Source: Bacillota bacterium
GTDB lineage: Bacteria; Bacillota; Clostridia; Christensenellales; CAG-138
Reading direction: 5' to 3'
NCBI GenBank assembly: GCA_023459335.1
Contig: JAEWUO010000013.1
Location: 47,048 to 111,047 of the forward strand
DNA length: 64,000 nt
The notes under the pieces were generated by a model that ran no database searches, was not told where the DNA came from, and saw only the letters and a list, made by a program, of their open reading frames with translations. Position numbers and translations under genes: made by a program. Below are positions 1 through 9,395 of this stretch, piece after piece (position 1 is the first letter of the stretch; the number at the start of each line of letters is the position of its first letter).

Positions 1-900
1 AAAGTGGGATACGATGCCCTTGCAGTGCTTGACGGCCTTCACGGCCTGAGAATAGCTTTCGCAGAGACGGTCCATCGATACGGTTGCGCCGATGCCGAGC
101 TTGCACTCCACACCGATTTTATCCTCCACGCGGTGCGCGAGCGCGCGGCCCTGCTCGATCAAGAGAAGCCGCTCGTAATATTCGTTCTCCGGTTCCGCAG
201 CGGGCCGTACGATGATGATGCGGTTCGCCATTGCCGGGCCGACTACGCTGACGAACGATTCCTTGACGAGTCCGCGGATCGAGGCGTACATTTCGCTCGC
301 CTTGATGTCCAGTTCGAGCATATCCCCGTCGATCTTGCGGGTCAGCTCCAGAACCATGACCGTCGCGTGTGTCGAATCGATGCCAAGCATGTCGAAGAGG
401 CGGGCATACGCCGCCGGATCGTCACTCTGCATGAGCAGCATGAACACGAAGCTGCTTTCGAGTACCGGCAGCATGTTTTCCATCCGCTCGCGCGTCTTCA
501 GCGCCACCGTTCGCGCTTTGTGTTCCGCGTCCACCTTGTTCATGGCGCGGCGCAGCACATCCGAAAACACCATGCGGTTGACGGGCTTGGTGAGAAACTC
601 AAACACCGAAAGCCGGATTGCCTCCTTGGCGTACTCAAATTTATCGTATGCGGTAAGCACGATAAACAGGATGCCGGGGGAGGTTGCCTGGATTGCCTGA
701 ATGGCTTCCATGCCGTTGATGCCAGGCATACGGATGTCCATCACCGCGATATCCGGACGGAACCGTTCGGACAGCTGCACCGCGTCGTAGCCGGTCTTCG
801 CCGTCTCGACGGAGCACTGCCCGGGAAAATTTTTTTCGAGGATGAACGTAAGCGCGTCGAGCTCGATGCCTTCGTCGTCCGCCAGAAGAATCTTATACAT
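1..900 (-). CDS. Response regulator (CheY-like receiver, YesN/AraC-type family); C-terminal part runs off the window
   Basis: Not in the ORF track because it has no stop inside the window. Reverse complement from the ATG at 900..898 reads MYKILLADDEGIELDALTFILEKNF...RPDIAVMDIRMPGINGMEAIQAIQ...IVLTAYDKFEYAKEAI, a receiver domain. It lies 41 nt downstream of the kinase gene on the same strand. Track ORF 4..1044(+) is its antisense shadow. Confidence 0.85.
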   Translation of the reverse strand, partial: MYKILLADDEGIELDALTFILEKNFPGQCSVETAKTGYDAVQLSERFRPDIAVMDIRMPGINGMEAIQAIQATSPGILFIVLTAYDKFEYAKEAIRLSVFEFLTKPVNRMVFSDVLRRAMNKVDAEHKARTVALKTRERMENMLPVLESSFVFMLLMQSDDPAAYARLFDMLGIDSTHATVMVLELTRKIDGDMLELDIKASEMYASIRGLVKESFVSVVGPAMANRIIIVRPAAEPENEYYERLLLIEQGRALAHRVEDKIGVECKLGIGATVSMDRLCESYSQAVKAVKHCKGIVSHF

Positions 901-941
901 AGTTCCTCGCTCTTGTTCGGTTTCTGTATGGGTCAAATCGG

Positions 942-2450
942 TTACAGTTCGTGTATCCCATGCTTTGGAATGATGATCGTCACGGCGGTGCCGCGGCCGG
1001 GGCCGCCGCTACGGATTTCAAACACGTCGTGGATGCCGAAATAGATGCGCAGGCGTTCGATGACGTTTTTCAGCCCCGTTCCGCGGTGCTGCTGCCCGTC
1101 CATTTGGATGGCGACCGGCTGGCCGACGAGGATGGCTTCAATTTCTTCCTGCGTCATGCCTTTGCCGTTGTCGGCAATGGTGACCAAAATGCGCTCGTCC
1201 TCTTCGCATGCGGTGAGTTCGATGCGCTTTTCCCATTTTACGTCCCGCAGGCCGTGATTGATCGCGTTTTCGACGATCGGCTGGAGGATGACGCCCGGCA
1301 GCGAGATATGGCTCACGAGTCCCTCGATGCGCTTGATATATCGGATTTCGTCGGAGAAACGCACGTTGATGATGTGCAGATAGGTTTCCACCTGGCTGAT
1401 CTCATCCGCAAGGCTGGAAGTCTGGCCTGTATGTTTGACGCTGTAACGGAAGAAATCCGCAAGGTTCTCGATGAAGAGCGTGGTTTTCTCCGCGCCTTCC
1501 ATCATGGCAAGCTGCGCGCCGGCGTTGAGCGTGTTGTAGAGAAAATGCGGGTTGATCTGGGACTGCAAAAAGATCAGCTGGCTTTCCTTCAGGCTGTTCT
1601 CCATGCGCAGCTGGGTTTCCTTGAGCCGGCTTTCCTCCGCCATTCTGGTCTTAATCTGATCCACGTGCTCCTGCAGGCTGTCCGTCATCTGGTTAAACGC
1701 GTCGGCGAGCACGCCGACTTCATCCCGCGTTTCCACCGCGATAAAATCGATATCGAAGTCGCCCATGCCGACCTGTTCCGCCTGGCGGGCCAGCTTGGTC
1801 AGCGGCTTGGTGATGGAACCCGTCAGCAGCAACAGCACGGCCATATTCCCCGTAATGGCGACGAACAGGATGACCGTGCTGAAGGTCTGCATGTATCCGA
1901 GCGACGTGCGGAGAGTATTGTAACTCTCAGCGTTCGTTTTAAACCGCGCGTTATTGAGCTCGTTGATGGAGGTTTCCAGATAACCGTAGAGCCTGCTGGC
2001 TTCTTCGTAGACGGAGCGGTACTGCTCCACGTCCCGCCCGCGCTTGGCGGCGACCGCCGAAGCGGCGAGCCTCAGATATTCTTCCGATATGCTGCGGATG
2101 TTTTTTTCGGTCAGCTTCAGCTCGTTGTCCGTCGGGCGGTCGTTCAGGTTTGCGATCTGAGCGGTGTACGACTGTTCGCTCAGATAATAATCGTTCAGCG
2201 CCGCCGTGCTTTTCGTATTGAGATAGCGGAACATATTCGTCTGTACGTCGCTCAGCGATTCCATGAGTTGATTCAGGCTGATGTTGCTCGCATATACCTT
2301 GTCGATGTTGCTCACGACGCCGTTGATGCTGATGTGCATGTAGATATTGACGAACGCGACCATAAACATGCTGAACGCGAACACGAGCACGAGCTTCGAG
2401 CGCAGAGGCATATTCATGAATTGTCGTTGTGCGCGCGTGAGCAGCTTCAT
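942..2450 (-). CDS. Sensor histidine kinase, YesM/LytS-type (TM-HAMP-His_kinase-HATPase)
   Basis: 502 aa. Two hydrophobic segments flank an extracytoplasmic region, followed by a HAMP-like linker. The H-box INPHFLYNTLN is typical of this kinase class. ATPase motifs DNGKGM and GTGLKNV are present. Its start overlaps the upstream gene's stop by 4 nt. Confidence 0.9.
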   Translation of the reverse strand: MKLLTRAQRQFMNMPLRSKLVLVFAFSMFMVAFVNIYMHISINGVVSNIDKVYASNISLNQLMESLSDVQTNMFRYLNTKSTAALNDYYLSEQSYTAQIANLNDRPTDNELKLTEKNIRSISEEYLRLAASAVAAKRGRDVEQYRSVYEEASRLYGYLETSINELNNARFKTNAESYNTLRTSLGYMQTFSTVILFVAITGNMAVLLLLTGSITKPLTKLARQAEQVGMGDFDIDFIAVETRDEVGVLADAFNQMTDSLQEHVDQIKTRMAEESRLKETQLRMENSLKESQLIFLQSQINPHFLYNTLNAGAQLAMMEGAEKTTLFIENLADFFRYSVKHTGQTSSLADEISQVETYLHIINVRFSDEIRYIKRIEGLVSHISLPGVILQPIVENAINHGLRDVKWEKRIELTACEEDERILVTIADNGKGMTQEEIEAILVGQPVAIQMDGQQHRGTGLKNVIERLRIYFGIHDVFEIRSGGPGRGTAVTIIIPKHGIHEL

Positions 2451-3526
2451 TTGCCCTCCTCCGATTCCGCGAGCAGCGTGCGATACGCCGAAACATTATC
2501 GGCGGTAACCAGCGTAAGCGTAACAGGCGTGAAGTCGCTCGTGCGGTTGACTTCCAGATATTCCATCAACGCGTCCACGCAGGACGCGCCGACGCGGTGC
2601 GCGTCCACGGCGACGGTCGCCTGAATGACGCGCTTTTCCACGGCGGTCAGAATTTCGTCCGAGTCGTAGTAACCGAGAATCTGAATCTGGCCGACTTTAT
2701 TATGGTCGACCACTGCCTGATAAGCGCAGATGGTGTTTGTCGCGTTCAGGCAGACCAGAACATTCGGGGCGTAGGTTTTACCCAGCTGAGGAGGCGTGTC
2801 CTTATCCGGCGACTGCGAAGGGATGGTGACGACGAGTTCACGGATGGCCTCTTCGGCGGAGAACACGTTGCTGTTTTCGATGGTGACCATGTCCAGCGTG
2901 GCGTTGGTATTTTCAAGGCTTTCCTTGATGCTGGAGTAAACGATATTCTGCGTGTTTTCCGACACATCGTTTCCGAAGAGCAGCACCGCGTGACAGGGAT
3001 TCGGCGATTGCTGCATGGCAGTACGCACCTGCTGTCCGTAAAGCTGGCCCAGGTCGTAGCTGTTGTAGCCGACGAAACCCTGCCGGCCGCTGCCGGCCGC
3101 GTCCGTCATGACGGTGATGACGGGGATGCCGCTGTCGATGGCGCGCGCGATCAGCGCGCTGACTTCGGCGGAACCGTCGGGCTGCACCAGGATGCCGTCC
3201 ACTTTGGCAGTAATCGCCATCTCTAAAAGAGTCGTGAGCGGAAACTGCTCCGTCAGCGAGCTTCCGACCCATTCCACATATACGTTGCGGTTTGCGCCTT
3301 CATCCTTTGCCGCGAGCCAGACGTTTTTCCAGAACGGGTCGTCGTTGGATTCCGTCACCATCGCGATATGATAGGTATAAAAGCGTGTGCCGCCCGTGTC
3401 CAGATTGAACGTGCGCGCAATCAGCGCGCGGTAAACATACATGCTCGCCAAAGTGACAATCGCCATGATGACGATGGCAAGGATCGACAGATTCGCTTTT
3501 TGATAAGAGGAATGTTTGTTTTGCAT
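2447..3526 (-). CDS. Membrane-anchored periplasmic sugar-binding-like protein (Peripla_BP/LacI-type fold), probable sensory partner of the kinase
   Basis: I start at MQNKHSSYQKANLSILAIVIMAIVTLA (ATG at 3526), which gives one N-terminal TM anchor. The remainder resembles ribose/galactose-binding-type domains (GIPVITV, GILVQP). It is translationally coupled to the kinase. The N-terminal 42 codons of track ORF 2447..3652 look like read-through. Confidence 0.7.
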   Translation of the reverse strand: MQNKHSSYQKANLSILAIVIMAIVTLASMYVYRALIARTFNLDTGGTRFYTYHIAMVTESNDDPFWKNVWLAAKDEGANRNVYVEWVGSSLTEQFPLTTLLEMAITAKVDGILVQPDGSAEVSALIARAIDSGIPVITVMTDAAGSGRQGFVGYNSYDLGQLYGQQVRTAMQQSPNPCHAVLLFGNDVSENTQNIVYSSIKESLENTNATLDMVTIENSNVFSAEEAIRELVVTIPSQSPDKDTPPQLGKTYAPNVLVCLNATNTICAYQAVVDHNKVGQIQILGYYDSDEILTAVEKRVIQATVAVDAHRVGASCVDALMEYLEVNRTSDFTPVTLTLVTADNVSAYRTLLAESEEGK

Positions 3527-3767
3527 GATTGCTCGTCCTGAAATCGGAATGTGGTTTGTCCGCCGAACGTCAGGGGTTTTCAGCAGACATGCCTGCGTAT
3601 TCGGATATGTGAAGTCAAAAAAATGATAGCACAATCGCGTCCGGATTTCCACCAGCCGCTTAGATTTCCGGATCGGGAGCGGAAAAACGGGAGAATTCCT
3701 TTTTTCTTTTTTGCCGGGCGGATTTATGGTATTCTTTTTCTAATCAGACGAAACGGCGGGGGAAGGC

Positions 3768-4247
3768 ATGAGAAAAGAAGAACGGGAAGTTAAAAGTACG
3801 GAGAAGCTTGCGGAGATTCTCTCCCGCTGCGACACGATCCGGATCGGCATCTGCGACGGCGGCACGCCGTACGTCGTGCCGGTGTCGTTTGGCTACGAGG
3901 TGTTGGACGGGAAAATCGCCGTCTACATCCACGGCGCGAAAGAAGGCAGACGGGCCGGCCTGCTTTCCGGACGTCCGCGCGTCTGTGTGGAAGCGGATCT
4001 CTGCCACGGATTTCCGCAAAACGAAAACGGCGGGGTTACCTGCGATTACGAGAGCGTAATCGGCTGGGGCACGGTGGAACTGCTCGACGGCGCGGACGCG
4101 GAGAAGGGCATCCGGCTCCTGATGGAGCACTGCGGCATCGCAGGGCAGGGCTGCCCGGAAAACGCGATGCCCGTTACGCGCGTCAACCGGATCGTGCTTG
4201 ACGAAGCGACCGGAAAGCATAGAAACCTTCAAAATTTAAACGCGTAA
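3768..4247 (+). CDS. Pyridoxamine 5'-phosphate oxidase-like FMN-binding protein (NimA-like family)
   Basis: 159 aa. The pattern CDTIRIGICDGGTPYVVPVSFGYEVLDGKIAVYIHGAKEGRR matches the split-barrel flavin-binding family. Confidence 0.65.
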   Translation: MRKEEREVKSTEKLAEILSRCDTIRIGICDGGTPYVVPVSFGYEVLDGKIAVYIHGAKEGRRAGLLSGRPRVCVEADLCHGFPQNENGGVTCDYESVIGWGTVELLDGADAEKGIRLLMEHCGIAGQGCPENAMPVTRVNRIVLDEATGKHRNLQNLNA

Positions 4248-4282
4248 AACAGGAAACAATCGGAAAGAAAGGCGGCTATTTT

Positions 4283-5002
4283 ATGTTGATGGCACTGCCG
4301 ACCATTGCGGTCGTCATCGTATACCTGCTTGCGGCGATTCTGCCCGCGCTGCTTTTAATGCGGTATATCTACCGAAAGGATACGATCGAGAAAGAACCGA
4401 AGGGAATGCTGGTCGGGCTCGTGTTCCTCGGCGTTGCGGCGGCTCTGGTCGCCGTCATACTGGAGACGATCGGCAAGGGCGTGCTTTCCGGCTTTCTGGA
4501 GGAAGGCGATCCCGCTTATACGATCATCATGGCGTTTCTCGTCGTCGCGGTGGTGGAGGAGGGGGCAAAATTCCTCTTTATGCGCTGGCGAACCTGGCGG
4601 GATCCGAATTTCAACTATCAGTTCGACGGCATCGTGTACGCGGTGTTCGTCTCGCTTGGGTTCGCGGCGTTTGAGAACATCAGCTACGTGGTGGGGTACG
4701 GGCTGACGACGGCGATCTTGCGCGCGCTGCTGGCTATCCCCGCGCACATGGGATTCGCGGTGTTCATGGGATACTTCTACGCGCGGGCAAAGCTTTGCGC
4801 GGATGAGGGGAACGGGGTAAGAAGACGATTAAATCTCTGGGCCGGATATTTGATCGCAGTGCTGCTGCACGGATTCTACGACGCCTGCGCGCTCATGGGC
4901 ACCGTGCTTTCCACGCTGCTGTTTGTCGCGTTTGTCATCGTGATGTATATCGTCGTGATCCGGTTTATTAAAAAGGAATCCCGAAACGACCGGCCGGTGT
5001 AA
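4283..5002 (+). CDS. prsW: PrsW-family intramembrane metalloprotease
   Basis: 239 aa polytopic membrane protein with the PrsW signature motifs VVEEGAKFL, FAAFENISY and HGFYD. Confidence 0.8.
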   Translation: MLMALPTIAVVIVYLLAAILPALLLMRYIYRKDTIEKEPKGMLVGLVFLGVAAALVAVILETIGKGVLSGFLEEGDPAYTIIMAFLVVAVVEEGAKFLFMRWRTWRDPNFNYQFDGIVYAVFVSLGFAAFENISYVVGYGLTTAILRALLAIPAHMGFAVFMGYFYARAKLCADEGNGVRRRLNLWAGYLIAVLLHGFYDACALMGTVLSTLLFVAFVIVMYIVVIRFIKKESRNDRPV

Positions 5003-5092
5003 AAACACGGTTTAAATTGCCGTCGCTTTCGCGGCGTTTTTTTTGTAGTTTGAGGAAAAAACCGAAGGCAATAAACATTGCACGCAACATAA

Positions 5093-5119
5093 TCAGCACT
5101 CTTGACAGATGAGTGCTAA
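5093..5119 (+). promoter_or_regulatory. CIRCE element (HrcA operator)
   Basis: TCAGCACTC-TTGACAGAT-GAGTGCTAA compares with the consensus TTAGCACTC-N9-GAGTGCTAA: a perfect 9-nt right arm, 8/9 left arm and exact 9-nt spacer. It lies about 160 nt upstream of the hsp20 start. Confidence 0.85.
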
Positions 5120-5280
5120 ATTTCACATTTCCATTACAACCTGTCTGTTTTTTTGTAAAAATTGTTTTGTATGATACAGATGTTCCGTAAGGAAAGGCTT
5201 TGTTCCAACCGAATTGGCAACCCCGGCGCCGGGAAAAGGCGCATACCAAATACTTAATTTTCCAAAGGAGGAGAATGGAT

Positions 5281-5715
5281 ATGTTCGAATTAGTACCTTA
5301 CAGCAGAAAGCGCAACCTGACGTTCTACAATCCTTTTGACGAACTCGAAGAGATGCAGCGCCGCTTCTTTGGAGAAGGCGCGGTTCGCGAGTTCAGGACC
5401 GACATTCGCGACAATGGCGAAAGCTACATGCTCGAAGCCGAACTGCCCGGATTTAAAAAGGAAGAGATCGCCGTCAACATCGAGGGCGACACGCTGTCCA
5501 TCCGCGCAGAGCGCAACGAGACCAGCGAAGAGAAGGACGGCAAAGGCAACTTTGTCAAACGCGAACGCTGCTACGGCAGTTTCTCCCGCAGCTTTGACCT
5601 GACGGGCATCCGCACCGAGGACGTCTCGGCCGCGTATGAGGACGGCATCCTCAAGCTGACCCTGCCCAAGAAGCAGGAAACGCTCCCCGCTTCGCGCAAG
5701 CTGGAGATCGCATAA
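5281..5715 (+). CDS. hsp20: Small heat-shock protein, Hsp20/alpha-crystallin family
   Basis: Alpha-crystallin domain (DIRDNGESYMLEAELPGFKKEEIAVNIEGDTLSIRAER...SFSRSFDL...AAYEDGILKLTLPK). RBS AAAGGAGGAG at 5264-5273. The start is ATG 5281 (MFELVPY) or ATG 5275. Track ORF 5200..5715 is over-extended. Confidence 0.9.
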   Translation: MFELVPYSRKRNLTFYNPFDELEEMQRRFFGEGAVREFRTDIRDNGESYMLEAELPGFKKEEIAVNIEGDTLSIRAERNETSEEKDGKGNFVKRERCYGSFSRSFDLTGIRTEDVSAAYEDGILKLTLPKKQETLPASRKLEIA

Positions 5716-5752
5716 AAACAAAAGAGGACGGAGGGAAACCTCCTGAAATCGG

Positions 5753-5792
5753 AGCGGGCTGCCGGAAACGGCGGCCCGCTTTCGGTTTGTTT
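5753..5792 (+). terminator. Rho-independent terminator after hsp20
   Basis: AGCGGGCTGCCG-GAAA-CGGCGGCCCGCT hairpin followed by TTCGGTTTGTTT. Confidence 0.7.
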
Positions 5793-5850
5793 ACAGCGCG
5801 GAGAAAACCGGATATACTTTTTATGATTTCCGGCTGAAGGAGCAAGTGAT

Positions 5851-7038
5851 ATGAAAATACTCGTCTGCAACGTCGGCAGCACGTCCCTGAAGTACCGTCT
5901 GTTCGATTTTGCAGGCGGCGAAGCGACGCTTGCCGAAGGCAGGATGGAGCGCGTCGGCACGCAGGAGGGCGCCTGGACACATAAAGAAGCTGGCGGCGGG
6001 ATGGGAAAGAGGACGCTGTCGATCCCGGATTACGCGACGGGGATCCGGCTCATGCAGGACGCGTTGCTGAACTGCGCGCTCGGTTCCATGGAGGAATTGG
6101 ACTGCGTGGCGTTCAAGGTGGTGCACGCAAAAGGCGTGACGGGCGTGCAGCTGCTGGACGAAAGCGTGCTCTCCGCCATGGCGGCGTTCAACACCGCCGC
6201 TCCAAGCCACAACCCGCCGTACATCGCCGCGATCCGCCAGTTCCGGCAGGCGCTGCCGAATACTCCGCTGGTGGGATCGTTTGAAACGGGCTTTCACGCC
6301 ACCATGCCGCCGGAAGCGTATCTTTACTCGATCCCGGTCGAGGTGTCGCGAAAATTCTCCATCCGCCGGTACGGGTTTCACGGCGCGTCGCACGAATACG
6401 TCTCAGCGCGCACGGCGGAACTCATGGGTCGGAGCGATTTTAAGCTCATCTCCTGCCATCTTGGCGGCAGCGGGTCGCTCTGCGCGGTGGTGAACGGCAA
6501 ATCGGCCGATACGAATCTCGGCTTCTCCCTGCAGTGCGGCATCATGCATAACAACCGCTGCGGAGACATCGATCCTTATATTCCGATCTATCTGATGAAG
6601 GACTGCGGCTATACGCTGGAGCAGATTGAAACCATGCTGAACAAACAGAGCGGCTTTCTCGGCATGAGCGGCGTCTCCAACGACATGCGGGATGTGGAAC
6701 TCGCGGCGGAGACCGGAAACGAAGACGCGAAAAACGCCGTCGGGAGCTTTTTCTATCAACTCAAAAAGCAGATCGGCGCGTACGCAGCGGCGATGGGCGG
6801 GGTGGACGCGATTTCGTTTGCTGGCGGCATCGGCGAAAACAGCCCGTTTACGCGCCGAAAAGCGCTCGAAAGACTGGAGTTCATGGGCGTTTCGCTCGAT
6901 ATCGAAAAAAACGAAACGGCGAAACCCGACTGCGAAATCACCGGAGCGGGCAGCTATACGCGGATCTTCGTCATCGCGACCAACGAAGAAATCGTCGTCG
7001 CGAGAAAAGCGAAAGCGTATCTGGAGAACAGGCAGTGA
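5851..7038 (+). CDS. Acetate/propionate kinase family protein (divergent AckA-like)
   Basis: 395 aa with MKILVCNVGSTSLKYRL, GFHGASHEYV, CHLGGSGS, RCGDIDP and ATNEE. By eye the usual GHRVVHGG block reads AFKVVHAKG, so this is a divergent subfamily. No pta gene is adjacent. Confidence 0.75.
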   Translation: MKILVCNVGSTSLKYRLFDFAGGEATLAEGRMERVGTQEGAWTHKEAGGGMGKRTLSIPDYATGIRLMQDALLNCALGSMEELDCVAFKVVHAKGVTGVQLLDESVLSAMAAFNTAAPSHNPPYIAAIRQFRQALPNTPLVGSFETGFHATMPPEAYLYSIPVEVSRKFSIRRYGFHGASHEYVSARTAELMGRSDFKLISCHLGGSGSLCAVVNGKSADTNLGFSLQCGIMHNNRCGDIDPYIPIYLMKDCGYTLEQIETMLNKQSGFLGMSGVSNDMRDVELAAETGNEDAKNAVGSFFYQLKKQIGAYAAAMGGVDAISFAGGIGENSPFTRRKALERLEFMGVSLDIEKNETAKPDCEITGAGSYTRIFVIATNEEIVVARKAKAYLENRQ

Positions 7039-7120
7039 CGCGCGCGGGATGAGAATCGCATGTAAAACATGCAAGAAATACAGTTTCACAAAATCTTCAC
7101 GATCATGCAGATACACCGGA

Positions 7121-7150
7121 AAAGCCGCATCTATGCGGTTTTTTTTGTTT
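7121..7150 (+). terminator. Rho-independent terminator after the kinase gene
   Basis: CCGCA-TCTA-TGCGG hairpin followed by a run of 8 T. Confidence 0.65.
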
Positions 7151-7233
7151 TATTTTTGTAAAAAGAAATGTATGCCGCTTAGAGATTATACAATCTAATT
7201 GCAAAGCGAACGCGTTTGGTTTATACTTCGCTT

Positions 7234-8064
7234 ATGAAACGCAGAAAGCGCAAATCCAATACAAAAGCCGAGATCATCACGGGCGTACTGTATGTGATCT
7301 TCGGATTGATTGTGCTTGCGGCGCTGTACGGCGTCGGCAGGCTTGCGTATCTTATGATGGGAACGACCATCGGGAATCATTATTACGCAGCGCTCGCGGA
7401 AAAAAGCACCAAGGATGGCGCGGTGGATTTCACTTCTCTTGCGGCGGAAAATCCGGAAGTCTGCGCGTGGGTGCGTTTGGACGACACCGTGATCGACTTT
7501 CCCGTCGTACATACGACGGATAACTCGTATTATCTGAACCATCTCTTCAGCGAAGCAAAAAACAAGCTGGGCACGCCGTTTGTCGACGCTGGAAATTCGG
7601 GCGATTTCTCCGACCGGCATACGGTGATCTACGGCCATGCGCTCAAGAGCGGAGCGATGTTCGGCTCCCTTTGGGAGTATGAAAATCCAAACTATTTCAT
7701 GCGCCACCCCAATATACAGCTTTTCCGTTCGGATGGGCAGCAGCTTACGCTCGCGGTGTTCGCCTGCTCCCGCGTGGAGGCGACGCGCGGCGCCGTGCCG
7801 ATTTCGTTTCCCACGGAGGCGTCGTTTTTATCGTTCGTCGACGATTTACAGCAGGCGTCCGCCTTTTCAAGCAGCGTAAAGATCACGTCGGGCGACAGGC
7901 TCGTCTCGTTCTGCGTCGCCCTGCCGGACGGCGGAGAGGGCCTTCTGCTCGTAACCTGCAAGATCGCGGAAGGCGGCGCGGCCGCAGCGGCGGACGGAAC
8001 GACGATCCAGCAGATTACAGAGGAGCCTTCGCCTTCGGAGCCTGCGGAAATGCCCGCGGGATAA
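7234..8064 (+). CDS. Sortase (class B-like) with N-terminal membrane anchor
   Basis: Motifs CAWVRLDDTVIDFPVVHTTDNSYYLNH, TVIYGH and the catalytic LLLVTC (TLxTC-type). I start at ATG 7234 (MKRRKRK). Track start 7216 is a TTG. Confidence 0.8.
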   Translation: MKRRKRKSNTKAEIITGVLYVIFGLIVLAALYGVGRLAYLMMGTTIGNHYYAALAEKSTKDGAVDFTSLAAENPEVCAWVRLDDTVIDFPVVHTTDNSYYLNHLFSEAKNKLGTPFVDAGNSGDFSDRHTVIYGHALKSGAMFGSLWEYENPNYFMRHPNIQLFRSDGQQLTLAVFACSRVEATRGAVPISFPTEASFLSFVDDLQQASAFSSSVKITSGDRLVSFCVALPDGGEGLLLVTCKIAEGGAAAAADGTTIQQITEEPSPSEPAEMPAG

Positions 8065-8077
8065 ATGCAACTATGAT

Positions 8078-8105
8078 AAAACGCCGCCATGATGGCGGCG
8101 TTTGG
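8078..8105 (+). terminator. Rho-independent terminator after the sortase gene
   Basis: AAACGCCGCC-ATGAT-GGCGGCGTTT hairpin immediately after the stop codon. Confidence 0.6.
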
Positions 8106-8367
8106 CTATCCGGCGAAACGCGGATAACCGTTTCCGCGCGCTGTTCATTTTTCTGAAAATGTGATATTCTATACGCGATCGCAGAGCGGCGGCAGGTGAG
8201 GATACTGCCTGCCGGCGCAGATAAATTCTTGTATGAATCCGGGGTATGCAACCATTCGCGGGCAAGCGCAGTGTTCTTAGTGAAAACACCATGTGTTTTC
8301 CGCAAGTGATCCACATTTGCGGCAGAGGAACAATTTGAACGGACGAAACATGGAGGAGGCAACCCTT

Positions 8368-9375
8368 ATGAAAATCAAACGGACCATGATAGCGTTCCTG
8401 CTTTGCGCGGTGATGTTGTGTACGATCGGCTGCGCGGCAAAGGCCGCCGTAAGCAGCAACGCCGTCTATCCCCAAATGGCGGGCAGCTCCTACGATACGG
8501 CGGCGGCCAAGGATTCGGCCGCTTATGAATCGGAGCAGGCGATCGCATACGCGCCGCAGGCTGACAACACGACGACGCAGCAGACAGGCGAACCAACGGG
8601 CGATTTCGATGTGCGGAAGATCGTCTATACGGCGGACATGATTGTGACGGCGGACGACCCCGCGGTTGTTCTGGAGACGCTCGTCGCCAAGGCGCAGTCG
8701 CTCGGCGGATATGTTTCGGGTTCCTACTCGACCACGGACGACGAGGGGACCACCTACGCGAACGCGACGATCAAGGTGCCCGCAGACCAGCTGGAAGAGC
8801 TGGTGAGCGCGGCGAAAGCGCTCGGCAAGGTCAACGACTACCGCCTGAGTTCGGACGATATCTCGCTTTCCTACTACGACATGCAGGCGCGGCTGGATAA
8901 CGCGAAGGCGGAGGAACAGCAGTTGCTGGAAATCCTCGCAAAATGTCAAACGGTCAAGGATATTCTCGCCGTACGCGAGAGCCTGACCAGCGTGCGCGCC
9001 GACATCGAAAGCTATACCGCGCAGATGAACCTCTGGGACAACCTCGTAGCGTATGCTACGCTGAACGTGACCATCAACCGCACGCCAAAGACGGCGGTGC
9101 AGGGCGAAAAGGATCTCGTTCAGCTCTGGAAGGCCTCGGACGTCTGGGACAAGATGTCCCGCGGGTTCCAGAACAGCGCGCGCTTTGTCGTCAACGCGCT
9201 GGGCGCCATCGGGATTTTCCTCGCCGTAGCGGCGATTCCGGCGGGAATTCTGTTCCTGGCCATCGGACTCCCGATCATCATTCATAAAAAGAACAAGCGT
9301 AAAAAAGCCGCCGCGCTCAGGGCAATGCAGGCGGCGCAGCCTGAACCGGACGGAACCGTGAAGAAAAACGAATAA
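8368..9375 (+). CDS. DUF4349-like lipoprotein with C-terminal membrane anchor
   Basis: RBS GGAGGAGG at 8352-8359. MKIKRTMIAFLLCAVMLCTIGC is a lipoprotein signal with a lipobox Cys. The body (DVRKIVYTADMIVTADD..., a coiled-coil segment, and a C-terminal TM helix) matches my recollection of DUF4349. Confidence 0.65.
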   Translation: MKIKRTMIAFLLCAVMLCTIGCAAKAAVSSNAVYPQMAGSSYDTAAAKDSAAYESEQAIAYAPQADNTTTQQTGEPTGDFDVRKIVYTADMIVTADDPAVVLETLVAKAQSLGGYVSGSYSTTDDEGTTYANATIKVPADQLEELVSAAKALGKVNDYRLSSDDISLSYYDMQARLDNAKAEEQQLLEILAKCQTVKDILAVRESLTSVRADIESYTAQMNLWDNLVAYATLNVTINRTPKTAVQGEKDLVQLWKASDVWDKMSRGFQNSARFVVNALGAIGIFLAVAAIPAGILFLAIGLPIIIHKKNKRKKAAALRAMQAAQPEPDGTVKKNE

Positions 9376-9395
9376 AACTATTCAGAATCAGGGGG

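Noticed and set aside
4-2624. Long + strand ORFs 4..1044 (346 aa) and 951..2624 (557 aa), plus nested ORFs.
   Set aside because: They lie exactly antisense to the response-regulator and histidine-kinase genes, which have clear domain signatures. Their translations are Arg/Ala/His/Asp-rich low-information strings, typical of stop-poor antisense frames in GC-rich DNA.
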